DNA of 64,000 nucleotides from Candidatus Fermentibacteraceae bacterium (lineage in GTDB: Bacteria; Fermentibacterota; Fermentibacteria; Fermentibacterales; JCC-6): assembly GCA_027067855.1 (NCBI GenBank), contig JAMOUX010000044.1, positions 3,965-67,964 of the forward strand, given 5' to 3'. The notes under the pieces were generated by a model. That model was given only the letters and a program-made list of their open reading frames with translations, did no database searches and was not told the origin of the DNA. Below, piece after piece: positions 7,692-16,648 of this stretch. Within the stretch, counting starts at the first letter, position 1. Each line of letters opens with the position of its first letter. A program made the translations under genes and the position numbers.

Positions 7692-8939
7692 CTACGTACC
7701 GTACCTGGCTATTATTTCTTCCTTGCTCAGGCCCAGGATTCCATACTTCTCTCCCACTTTTCCGAAAGCCTCGACACACTTGTCTATGTGCTCACGCTCA
7801 TGGGCCGCGGAAAGTTGAACCCTGATCCTGGCTTTGCCGGCGGGGACGACCGGGAAGAAGAAACCTATCACGTAGATTCCCTCGGCATACATGTCTCTCG
7901 CCATATCGTTGGCCAACTTTGCGTTGTATAACATAACCGGAACGATGGGAGTCTCACCCGGCCTTATGTTCAACCCTATCTTCTCCATTTTCCCGCGGAA
8001 ATAATTCGTGTTCCACTCGAGTTTATCCCTGCGTTCCGTACTCCGGGAAATGAGATCTATGACCTTGATGGAGGCGCTCACTATCGGAGGCGCGAGGGAA
8101 TTGCTGAAGAGATAGGGCCTGGCCTTCTGGCGGCATAGTTCCACCAGTTCCCTTCTCCCCGACACGCAACCTCCGGATGCTCCTCCAAGGCCCTTGCCGA
8201 ATGTAGTCGTAATCACATCCACTCCGTCCATAACGCCGAAGTGTTCGTGGGTGCCCCTGCCGGTCTTCCCTATGAAACCGGTGGCATGGGAATCGTCGAC
8301 TAGAAGCATTGCGTCGTACTTGTCGCAAAGGGCCACCATCTCGTCGAGGGGAGCCAGGTCGCCGTCCATGGAGAATACTCCGTCGGTCACCACCAATCTG
8401 GTTCTCTTGTCCTGGTGTAATTCGAGTTTCTTTTCCAGGTGCTTCATGTTCATGTGCTTGAACGTATCGTACTCGGCGGAGCAAAGCCTGATTCCGTCCA
8501 CCAGCGAGGCATGAATGAGCCTGTCGGCTATTATAACGTCATTCTGCCCCAGTATGGCCTCGAAAACACCGGAGTTGGCATCCATGCACGAGGGGAAGAG
8601 AAGGGTATCCTCCATTCCCAGGAAAGCCGACATTTTGTCCTGCAGCTCGCGGTGAATATCCTGAGTACCGCAGATGAACCTCACCGAACTCATCCCGTAA
8701 CCGCGGCTGTCAAGCCCCTCGTGCGCAGCCTTTATAACCTCCGGGTGACTTGAAAGACCGAGGTAGTTGTTCGCGCAGAAGTTGAGGACCTTGCGCCTGG
8801 GCGCTCCCTCGGGGTATTCCACCACTATTTCGGCGCCCTGTTCCGAACAGATGAACCTCTTCTCCTTGTAGAGACCGTCATCCTTGATGCGCTGTATTTC
8901 TTCAGCAAACACCTTCCTGGTCTCGTCGTTGAACGCCAT
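7692..8939 (-). CDS. kbl: Glycine C-acetyltransferase-like PLP alpha-oxoamine synthase
   Basis: NFCANNYLGLSSHP, MSSVRFICGTQDIH, DGVFSMDGD, DDSHATG, TFGKGLGGASGG, RPYLFSNSL, FPVVPAGKARIRVQLSAAH. Confidence 0.9.
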   Translation of the reverse strand: MAFNDETRKVFAEEIQRIKDDGLYKEKRFICSEQGAEIVVEYPEGAPRRKVLNFCANNYLGLSSHPEVIKAAHEGLDSRGYGMSSVRFICGTQDIHRELQDKMSAFLGMEDTLLFPSCMDANSGVFEAILGQNDVIIADRLIHASLVDGIRLCSAEYDTFKHMNMKHLEKKLELHQDKRTRLVVTDGVFSMDGDLAPLDEMVALCDKYDAMLLVDDSHATGFIGKTGRGTHEHFGVMDGVDVITTTFGKGLGGASGGCVSGRRELVELCRQKARPYLFSNSLAPPIVSASIKVIDLISRSTERRDKLEWNTNYFRGKMEKIGLNIRPGETPIVPVMLYNAKLANDMARDMYAEGIYVIGFFFPVVPAGKARIRVQLSAAHEREHIDKCVEAFGKVGEKYGILGLSKEEIIARYGT

Positions 8940-8953
8940 CTATCTTCCTCCGA

Positions 8954-9202
8954 TCAGCCCATGTGTTTTTTTACCAGCGCACAGATGGAATTGACGGTAT
9001 CGAAAGCTTCCGGGGTCGCTTCTTCGTCCGGAAGCTTCACCTTGTACTTATTCTCGAGGAACTTCTTCAACGAAACCATGGAGAAGCTGTCCACGATACC
9101 CGAGGATATAAGAGGCGAATCGTAGGTTACCTCGTCCTCTTCGTCCTCTTCCAGGTATTCGTCTATTACATATTGAAGCACGACGTCCTTCATTTCATCC
9201 AT
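8954..9202 (-). CDS. Stand-alone acyl carrier protein
   Basis: Acidic ~82-aa protein with SGIVDSFSMVSL (phosphopantetheine Ser) and F-x-TV in the C-terminal helix; SD GGAG. Confidence 0.88.
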   Translation of the reverse strand: MDEMKDVVLQYVIDEYLEEDEEDEVTYDSPLISSGIVDSFSMVSLKKFLENKYKVKLPDEEATPEAFDTVNSICALVKKHMG

Positions 9203-9218
9203 TTCCGTCTCCTTTCCT

Positions 9219-10967
9219 CTATTCATCCGACAGGGTGGACAGGTCTCCCACTTCCTCGCCCCATTCCAGGGCTCTCAGGTATCTTCTGACGATCTTTCCG
9301 GACCTGGTCTTGGGCAACTTTTCCACGTACTCTATCTCCTGAGGCATCGCCAGCGGAGACAGTTTCTTGCGTATGAAGTTCATGATGTCCAATTCCAGTT
9401 CCTCGGAAGGTTCATAACCCGGTTTGAGGGTGACGAAAGCCTTGACCACCTCCATATTGACTTTGTCGGGCTTGCCCACCGCCGCGGCCTCCGCTATCGC
9501 TTCATGCTCCACCAGGGCCGATTCTATTTCGAAGGGTCCCACCAGGTGCCCGCCGGTGTTTATCACATCGTCGTCCCTGCCCACGAACCAGAAGTAGCCG
9601 TCGGCGTCTATGCTCGCTCTGTCTCCCGATACGTACCAGAGGCTTTTGTCCGTACGAAGTTCGTCGGGCATCGCGTCTTCCCTCGCGCCCACGAACTTGC
9701 TCCTGTAGATATCGGGTCTTTTCCAGTACTGCCTGAACATGGATGGCCAGCCGGGCCTGAACGCTATGAGTCCGACCTTACCGGGCTCGGTCAACGGCTC
9801 GTGGGTCTCCAGGTCCAGCACCGACGCTTCTATTCCAGGGAAAGGCTTGCCCATCGAGCCGGGCTTTATCTCCATTCCCGGATAGTTGCTTATCATGATC
9901 GCACCGGTCTCGGTTTGCCAGAAAGTATCGTGAAATTTCAGGCCGCCGAATACTTCCCCGCTCCATATGACCGCCTCGGGATTGAGCGGTTCTCCCACCG
10001 ACGCAAGGTGCCGCAGGGAAGACAGGTCGTACTTCTTCACCAGTTCCCCGCCGTCTTTCATGAGCGCCCTTATCGCCGTCGGAGCGGAGTACCAGACACT
10101 GACCTTGTTGTCCTGGATGAACTGGTACCACCTGGCGGAAGTGAAACCGGAATCCAGCACGCACTGGGTTACTCCCAGGGACCACGGGCCGATGATACCG
10201 TAACTGGTACCCGTGACCCAGCCGGGGTCAGCCGTACACCAGTAGATGTCGTCATCACGAAGATCCAGGACCCAATTAGCCGTCAAGGCCTGGCCCCAAA
10301 TGGAATTGTGGACATGAAGAGCGCCCTTGGGCTGCCCCGTGGTGCCGGAAGTGTAATGGAGAACGGACGGGGTTTCGGAATCGGACCGGTACACATCGAA
10401 TTCTTTTATCGCGGGATATTTCTCGACATCGAAGAATATCTCGTCACCCTTCAATCTGTCCGGGTTTCCATCCACCACCACCACCTTCTCGAGGTGGGGA
10501 AGCCTTTCCCTGATTTTGCGCACCTTCTTAACATGCTTGACCGTGGTAAGAATCGCCTTGGTCTCAGCGCTGGCCAGTCTCACCTCCAACGACTCCTCTC
10601 CGAAAGCGGAGAAGAGCGGCTGAACTATGGCGCCTATCTTTAAAATTCCAAGGAAGGAGAAGTACAGGCTCGGGATCTTATCCATAAAGATGCATATCCT
10701 GTCGCCGGGTTCCATACCCTGTTCCCGGAGGAATCCGGCGAAAGCGTTGGAGTATACCTTCAGATCATCGAACGTGTACCTGGCGCTGCGACCGCCGAAA
10801 CCCTCCCAGATCAAGGCCGGCTTGCTGCCCTTGCCCATGCCGCATACCCTGTCGGAGCATATCGCGCCGATATTGAGCAGTTCACCATCCTTCCAGTCCA
10901 GGACTTCTTTGGCGATATCCCAACTGAAGTTCTTAACCCTTTCCTCGTAGCTCCCGATGTTGCTCAA
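9219..10967 (-). CDS. acsA: AMP-forming acetate-CoA ligase (AcsA-type adenylating enzyme)
   Basis: HYTSGTTGQPKG, WCTADPGWVTGTSYG, DTFWQTETG, GRDDDVI, LPKTRSGKI. TTG start with SD GGAGG. Confidence 0.9.
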   Translation of the reverse strand: MSNIGSYEERVKNFSWDIAKEVLDWKDGELLNIGAICSDRVCGMGKGSKPALIWEGFGGRSARYTFDDLKVYSNAFAGFLREQGMEPGDRICIFMDKIPSLYFSFLGILKIGAIVQPLFSAFGEESLEVRLASAETKAILTTVKHVKKVRKIRERLPHLEKVVVVDGNPDRLKGDEIFFDVEKYPAIKEFDVYRSDSETPSVLHYTSGTTGQPKGALHVHNSIWGQALTANWVLDLRDDDIYWCTADPGWVTGTSYGIIGPWSLGVTQCVLDSGFTSARWYQFIQDNKVSVWYSAPTAIRALMKDGGELVKKYDLSSLRHLASVGEPLNPEAVIWSGEVFGGLKFHDTFWQTETGAIMISNYPGMEIKPGSMGKPFPGIEASVLDLETHEPLTEPGKVGLIAFRPGWPSMFRQYWKRPDIYRSKFVGAREDAMPDELRTDKSLWYVSGDRASIDADGYFWFVGRDDDVINTGGHLVGPFEIESALVEHEAIAEAAAVGKPDKVNMEVVKAFVTLKPGYEPSEELELDIMNFIRKKLSPLAMPQEIEYVEKLPKTRSGKIVRRYLRALEWGEEVGDLSTLSDE

Positions 10968-11003
10968 AAGACTTCCTCCGTTCCTTGGGTTGAATGGGTT
11001 CCG

Positions 11004-11375
11004 TCAACCTATCGCAGTTGCAACGGCTATCGCATTTTCACCGGAATGGCTCATGGATATTTCCACCATCGTGACGCCGATTTTTCCGGCCCTTTTCAAC
11101 GCGGCACCCGTAAGTCTCACGTGTACCCGGCCGGAATCCTCCTTCACGATCTCGACGTCTTTCCACCTGAGACCCTGTGACAATCCCGCTCCGAGGGCCT
11201 TGAACACGGCTTCCTTCGCGGCGAACCTGGCGGCATAACTCTCCCAGGGTCGTGCCCTGGAACTACAGTACTCCGACTCCCCGGGCAGGAACAATTCCTC
11301 TATAAGGCCGGGGGCGAGTTTTTTCCTGAAAATGCTGATGGAAACGATATCTATTCCGACACCGATCAATTTCAA
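11004..11375 (-). CDS. acpS: Holo-ACP synthase (4'-phosphopantetheinyl transferase)
   Basis: GVGIDIV, AARFAAKEAVFKALG, ISMSHS. Confidence 0.92.
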   Translation of the reverse strand: MKLIGVGIDIVSISIFRKKLAPGLIEELFLPGESEYCSSRARPWESYAARFAAKEAVFKALGAGLSQGLRWKDVEIVKEDSGRVHVRLTGAALKRAGKIGVTMVEISMSHSGENAIAVATAIG

Positions 11376-11500
11376 GAAGGCTCTCCCGGTACCGTGTTTC
11401 CATTCTTTCCGTATACTTTATTACTTTAACAATAAGAACGGTCGGTGTCCACGGTTCGCCCCCCCTTGACGGTACCCTTACCTTGGAGAATAGAATCCTC

Positions 11501-12901
11501 ATGAAATACCCCTCCTCGAAACCGATGTGGAGCAGGCTTCTCTTTCCCTGCCTGCTGGTGATGATTCACGTCTTCATTCTCCTGCGGGAGAGGACCGCCG
11601 CCGAGATTCCCCCCATGGATGACGTCTACATACATCTCGTTTACGGCAGATCGCTGATTTCGGGCAATCCTCTGGTGTACACCGGCGGCGACGGGGCGAC
11701 CACCGGCTTCACCAGCCCGCTCTGGCTGCCGGCAGCCGCAATATCTTCCCAGGCAGGCACTACGGCGGCACCATCACTGTTGATGTTCGCGTCGCTCCTG
11801 GCGGCCGCCACCCTGCTTTACCTGGCCGGACCCATCCCGGCCATGCTCCTTTTCCTCACCGGGCCTTTCGTGTTCCACGCGGCGAGCGGTATGGAAACCT
11901 CCCTGGCATGCCTAGTACTGTTCCTGGCCTGGAGGTGGATGGAAGAGAACGGCACGCCCCGTTCCGGCGGGCTCATACTTCTCGCCGCTTTCCTTTCCCG
12001 ACCGGAACTGGCGCTTCTGGCGATTCCCATGTCACTCTCCCTGAAAAGAATCACCCCGGGGAACGTGGCCGCTCTCCTGGCTCCTTCCGCGGTGGCTGGA
12101 ATCATCTGGGTGTTTTTCAACCTTTCCGTGACGGGACGGCCCCTTCCTTCCACGTTTTACGCCAAGATCTACACATCCTGGCCGGAAGCCGCGAAAATCG
12201 GATTTCCCGGATTACTCAAATCGATGTTCCTGACTTCGCCGCTGCTTCCTTTCGCCACTCTCTTCGCGGCGGCATATACGTGGAAAGACCGGAAACGCGG
12301 GGGCGTAAAGCGCCTCGCCCCGGCCCTCACTCCTCTCGTACTGTTCCTGGCCGCCTTATCCATGCAACCCAACGGTTACTTTCAGCTCAGGTATTACGTT
12401 CCATTCCTCGTCTCTTCGGTTCTCCTGGTCGCCCGCCGGCTGGAGAACTCCATTAAAGACCGAAAACGTAGAATACTGAGCACGGCGATACTGGCCGCAT
12501 CCATGGTGCCCGGCTTTCTTGTATTCACCGGCAGGCGTATCGATGCATCCAGGGATGTGATGTACATCGACGTAATGCCGGCGAAGCTCATCGAAAGCAT
12601 AGCCGACCAAGATGCGGTAGTGGCCGCCGCCGACATAGGAGCCGTGGGGTGGATATCGGGAACCGGCATCCTGGACCTGGACGGACTGGTGACCCCCGAA
12701 AGACTCAACGGCGAGAACGCCGGATGGAAATGGATTCGCGAACGGGCCGATTACCTGCTGGCCTTCCCGGAACAATATTCCGATCTCACGGACGAAGCCG
12801 GGGAATCCATCGATTTCATAGGCGGATACCGCAGTCCGACACCGGTCATCTGCGGGGAAGACACCGTGGCCCTCTGGAAAATCGAACGGCTGGACAATTG
12901 A
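11501..12901 (+). CDS. Polytopic membrane protein, GT-C-fold glycosyltransferase-like
   Basis: MDDVYIHLVYGRSL...GFTSPLW, SGMET, SRPEL, PLPSTFYAK, DIGAVGW...ILDLDGLV; many TM segments. Confidence 0.6.
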   Translation: MKYPSSKPMWSRLLFPCLLVMIHVFILLRERTAAEIPPMDDVYIHLVYGRSLISGNPLVYTGGDGATTGFTSPLWLPAAAISSQAGTTAAPSLLMFASLLAAATLLYLAGPIPAMLLFLTGPFVFHAASGMETSLACLVLFLAWRWMEENGTPRSGGLILLAAFLSRPELALLAIPMSLSLKRITPGNVAALLAPSAVAGIIWVFFNLSVTGRPLPSTFYAKIYTSWPEAAKIGFPGLLKSMFLTSPLLPFATLFAAAYTWKDRKRGGVKRLAPALTPLVLFLAALSMQPNGYFQLRYYVPFLVSSVLLVARRLENSIKDRKRRILSTAILAASMVPGFLVFTGRRIDASRDVMYIDVMPAKLIESIADQDAVVAAADIGAVGWISGTGILDLDGLVTPERLNGENAGWKWIRERADYLLAFPEQYSDLTDEAGESIDFIGGYRSPTPVICGEDTVALWKIERLDN

Positions 12902-12952
12902 CCTCCCGCGGAAATATTGTATTCATGGAATTTGATACCGATTGAGAGGTAC

Positions 12953-14146
12953 ATGACCGTCGATCATAAAAAGAATACAAATCCGGTAATAATCCAGGAA
13001 AGTATTCCCAGCCGTACGAATCGCATGGTCATTATCGTGGTCCTTGTGATCGCCTTCGTGCTTCTGAGCGCATACGTCTCGCTGGGATTGCGCCAATCGA
13101 TAGGGTATTCCCATTTCGCATACATTCCGATAATCTTCGCAGGTTTCTGGTGGGGCAGGAAGGCGTTGATAGTAGCCGGCATACTTGGAGCGGACGTCAT
13201 AATCTTCGGCTTGATCTCAGAATCCGGCGGTCCCGCATGGGCTTACATGATAAGGGCGTTTTCATTCATGCTGGTGGCATTCGTCATAGGTGAACTCAGC
13301 GCCGAGCTTATCGCTGCGCAGAAGAACCTGCGGGAGCGCGAGAAACGATTACGAAAGACCAACGCTTCCCTGAGGAAGTTCGCGAAACTCAGGAAGGACT
13401 TCCTTCACATCGCGATACATGACATGAAATCCCCGGTGGCCGCCACCGATTCCCTGCTCCACAGCCTGAGAACCCTCCTGGGCAACAACATTACGAACCG
13501 GCAAGAACATCTTATCGAAAGAATGCATTCCAGGCTGGAGGAAGCGGCTTCGTTCCTGAAGGATTTCCAGCTGTTCGCCCAGCTCGAGGATCCCACCCAG
13601 GTGATGAAGCATGCCACCGAATTGGATCTCAACCGGATAGTCCTTAAGGTAGTTGACGCCAACAGGGATTCCGCCGCGATGAAGTACCAGTCGCTGAACA
13701 CGGAGCTTGCGGAAAACCTGCCGCCGGTCGGAGGGGTCGAAAGACTCATTCAGGAAGTTATCAGCAACCTGGTCACCAACGCTATAAAGTACACCCCGTC
13801 TGGGGGGCACATAACCGTGCGGACATTCGTGAAGAACGGCGTGGTTTCCCTGGAGGTGGAAGACGACGGAATCGGGATCTCCGGTAAAGACCAGAAGAAA
13901 CTTTTCAAGGAATTCGTCAGAATCAAAAACACCGAGGTAGACGGGAAGAAAGTAGGGGGAATCGGCCTGGGGCTCTCCATAGTCAAGAGAATAGTGGAAA
14001 TGCACGGGGGCAGGGTCTACGTGAAAAGTCTCCCCGGCAAGGGAAGTATTTTCGGATTCGAATTGATGGTATTGGCGCCCGGGGAAGGCCCGCTGGTCAA
14101 ACCGGCACGAAAACTTTCATCCGGGGAAACCTCCGCCGGCGAGTGA
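12953..14146 (+). CDS. Membrane sensor histidine kinase (no response regulator nearby)
   Basis: Four TM segments; H-box IHDMKSP, N-box NLVTNAIKY, G boxes DDGIGI and GIGLGL. Confidence 0.9.
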   Translation: MTVDHKKNTNPVIIQESIPSRTNRMVIIVVLVIAFVLLSAYVSLGLRQSIGYSHFAYIPIIFAGFWWGRKALIVAGILGADVIIFGLISESGGPAWAYMIRAFSFMLVAFVIGELSAELIAAQKNLREREKRLRKTNASLRKFAKLRKDFLHIAIHDMKSPVAATDSLLHSLRTLLGNNITNRQEHLIERMHSRLEEAASFLKDFQLFAQLEDPTQVMKHATELDLNRIVLKVVDANRDSAAMKYQSLNTELAENLPPVGGVERLIQEVISNLVTNAIKYTPSGGHITVRTFVKNGVVSLEVEDDGIGISGKDQKKLFKEFVRIKNTEVDGKKVGGIGLGLSIVKRIVEMHGGRVYVKSLPGKGSIFGFELMVLAPGEGPLVKPARKLSSGETSAGE

Positions 14147-14218
14147 GACCGGATGCCGCCGGACGGCGGTCCGCTAAGATGATACCGCGACAACCACAAA
14201 AAAAGCGGAAGATCGGTA

Positions 14219-15274
14219 TCAACAAATCCTGGGCAGTTGCTCTCCGCTCAACATGTCAACCACACGCCACGAACCTATCCTGCTTTTCATGACTACGCCG
14301 ACATGTTCACGCGGTGATACCCGACCTATTATCCCGGCGTAAACGCAGGTTTCGTGCTTTCTCATCACCTCCACGGCTTTACGGGCTTCATCCGCCGGAA
14401 GAACCAGTACGAACCTGCCCTCGTTGGGCATGTAAAGCGGATCGAAACCCAGCAATTCACATGCCGCAGCCACTGCATCCGTTACCTTTACCAGTTCCTC
14501 TTCTATGGAAAACGTAACGTCGGCCGTACCCGCGATTTCGTTCAGCGCACCGGCCAGTCCCCCCCTCGTAAGATCTCTCATGCAGTGTATTTCCAACCCG
14601 GCGTTCATCAAATCCAACACCACGTCGCCCAGCGGGGCCAGGTCGCTTACAACCGGCGTGCCGAAACGGATACCCTCCCTTTCGGCCATTATCGCCACCC
14701 CGTGCCTGCCCAGGTCACCGCTCAGCACCACGGCGTCTCCGGATCTCACCATGGACGGAGCCACGAAGACTCCTTCCCGAATAACTCCGATTCCGGCGGT
14801 GTTCACGTAAATCCCGTCGCCTTTCCCTCTGTCCACGACTTTGGTATCCCCGGTAACGATCTCCACACCGGTTTTCCGTGCGGCTTTCGCCATGGAGGAA
14901 ACCACTTTCCAAAGGTCTTCCATGGGAAATCCCTCTTCAATTATGAACCCTGCGGACAACCAAAGCGCCCTGGCACCGCACATCGCGAGGTCATTCACGG
15001 TTCCGTACACCGACAGCGTTCCTATGTCACCTCCCGGGAAGAATATCGGAGTTACCACATGGGAATCCGTGGTGAAGGCCTGCCGCCCGTCCGGCACATC
15101 GAGAACGGCCCCATCGTGCCCGGCCAGGAGCGCCGGGTTCGAGAAAGCCTTCTTCATCATCCCTTCCACCAGGTCGTTCATCAACCTTCCGCCACCGCCG
15201 TGAGCCATGGTTACCCTGGGATATTCCGAAATGGGTATCGGGCATTCCAGCGGCAGAGCGGCTTCATTATTCAT
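14219..15274 (-). CDS. hypE: Hydrogenase maturation protein HypE
   Basis: [23 protein letters not shown]-terminal LPRIC. Start taken at the ATG overlapping the hypD stop. Confidence 0.95.
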   Translation of the reverse strand: MNNEAALPLECPIPISEYPRVTMAHGGGGRLMNDLVEGMMKKAFSNPALLAGHDGAVLDVPDGRQAFTTDSHVVTPIFFPGGDIGTLSVYGTVNDLAMCGARALWLSAGFIIEEGFPMEDLWKVVSSMAKAARKTGVEIVTGDTKVVDRGKGDGIYVNTAGIGVIREGVFVAPSMVRSGDAVVLSGDLGRHGVAIMAEREGIRFGTPVVSDLAPLGDVVLDLMNAGLEIHCMRDLTRGGLAGALNEIAGTADVTFSIEEELVKVTDAVAAACELLGFDPLYMPNEGRFVLVLPADEARKAVEVMRKHETCVYAGIIGRVSPREHVGVVMKSRIGSWRVVDMLSGEQLPRIC

Positions 15275-16380
15275 GCGGATTCCCCTCCCGGATTCCCGTA
15301 CGGGCGATACCTGTAATAAGCGGCACAGGCACCCTCGGCAGACACCATGGGAGCCCCGAGAGGACGCTCCGGAGTGCATTCCGTCCCGAAGGCCGGGCAT
15401 TCGCCCGGTTTTATCCTCCCCATGAGAACCGAACCCGCCATGCAGCTTTCCGATTCTTCCACGGAATGCCCGCCCACTCCGAATTTCCTGCCGGCATCGA
15501 ATGCGGCATAGCGTTTTCTCAACTTCAATCCGCTGTCCGGAATCGTTCCGAGGCCCCTCCACTTCCTGTCCGTGACCTGGAATACCCGGCGTATCATATC
15601 CATGGCGGTAACGTTCCCGTCCCTGGTCACAACCCTCACGTATTGATTCTCCACGGACGTCGTCCCTCTCTCCAGCTGCCTCACGCACATCAGGATACCT
15701 TCCAGTATATCCAGGGGTTCGAAGCCGGTCACAACGATGGGTACGCCGTATTTCTCCGCCATGGGTTCATACTCCCGGTAACCCATTACGGTACATACGT
15801 GTCCCGCCGCGAGAAAACCGTCCACGACGTTCTCTTTCCCGGACAAGATCAGCTCCATCGCCGGCGGAACCAGGACATGGGCCACGAGCATCGAAAAGTT
15901 ACCCAGGCCGAGTCTCTCCGCCTGCAGGACCGCCGCGGCGGTCACCGGTGCGGTGGTTTCGAATCCGACCGCGAAGAATACCACCTCCCTGTCCGGGTTA
16001 TTTTCGGCGATGGCCACAGCATCCATGGGCGAATAGACCACTCTCACGTCACCACCCCCGGACTTTACCCCCATGAGGTCGTCGGTACTTCCCGGAACCC
16101 TCAACATGTCGCCGAAGGAACAGAAGACGATTCCTTCCATCGATGCCAGGCGCACCGCCTGATCCACCATTTCCACGGGGGTTACGCACACGGGACAGCC
16201 GGGCCCGTGAATCAGCGTCAACTCGTCGGGTAAAAGCCTGTCTATACCGTATTTCACTATCGAGTGGGTCTGTCCGCCGCAAATCTCCATGATCTTCCAC
16301 GGCCCGGTGACCGCCGCGGCGATCGCTTCCGCGTACCTGCCCGCGGTCTCAGCGTTCCTGTACTCCGATACGTACTTCAA
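15271..16380 (-). CDS. hypD: Hydrogenase maturation protein HypD
   Basis: [39 protein letters not shown]. Confidence 0.96.
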   Translation of the reverse strand: MKYVSEYRNAETAGRYAEAIAAAVTGPWKIMEICGGQTHSIVKYGIDRLLPDELTLIHGPGCPVCVTPVEMVDQAVRLASMEGIVFCSFGDMLRVPGSTDDLMGVKSGGGDVRVVYSPMDAVAIAENNPDREVVFFAVGFETTAPVTAAAVLQAERLGLGNFSMLVAHVLVPPAMELILSGKENVVDGFLAAGHVCTVMGYREYEPMAEKYGVPIVVTGFEPLDILEGILMCVRQLERGTTSVENQYVRVVTRDGNVTAMDMIRRVFQVTDRKWRGLGTIPDSGLKLRKRYAAFDAGRKFGVGGHSVEESESCMAGSVLMGRIKPGECPAFGTECTPERPLGAPMVSAEGACAAYYRYRPYGNPGGESA

Positions 16381-16390
16381 CCCGATGGTT

Positions 16391-16648
16391 TTACCCTTCC
16401 TCTATCTCCATCCTGCCGTATTCCGATATCTTCTCGAGATACTCGAACACCTCCATCGCCTCTTCCTCTTTCAACCTGTTCAAGGCGAATCCGGCGTGCA
16501 CGACCACCCAGTCTCCCACCTTGGGGTCCTTTACTCCGGCTAGGTTCACTTCCCTCGTCACCCCGCCGAAATTCACCAGGCCGACGGTGAAAACGGGATC
16601 GTCATCGTTCAGTATCTTTTCTATCCTGCCCGGTACTCCTAGGCACAT
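16391..16648 (-). CDS. hypC: Hydrogenase chaperone HypC
   Basis: MCLGVPG N-terminus; [12 protein letters not shown]. Confidence 0.95.
   Translation of the reverse strand: MCLGVPGRIEKILNDDDPVFTVGLVNFGGVTREVNLAGVKDPKVGDWVVVHAGFALNRLKEEEAMEVFEYLEKISEYGRMEIEEG

Noticed and set aside
7692-8939. Serine palmitoyltransferase (sphingolipid locus)
   Set aside because: Motifs SVRFICGTQ, RPYLFSN and ARIRVQ are Kbl-type, and the partner ligase is acetate-type rather than long-chain.
15275-15688. N-terminal extensions of hypE (likewise dnaG 52108-52389 and dnaK 57550-57645)
   Set aside because: They overlap upstream genes or leaders; coupled or SD-supported starts lie downstream.
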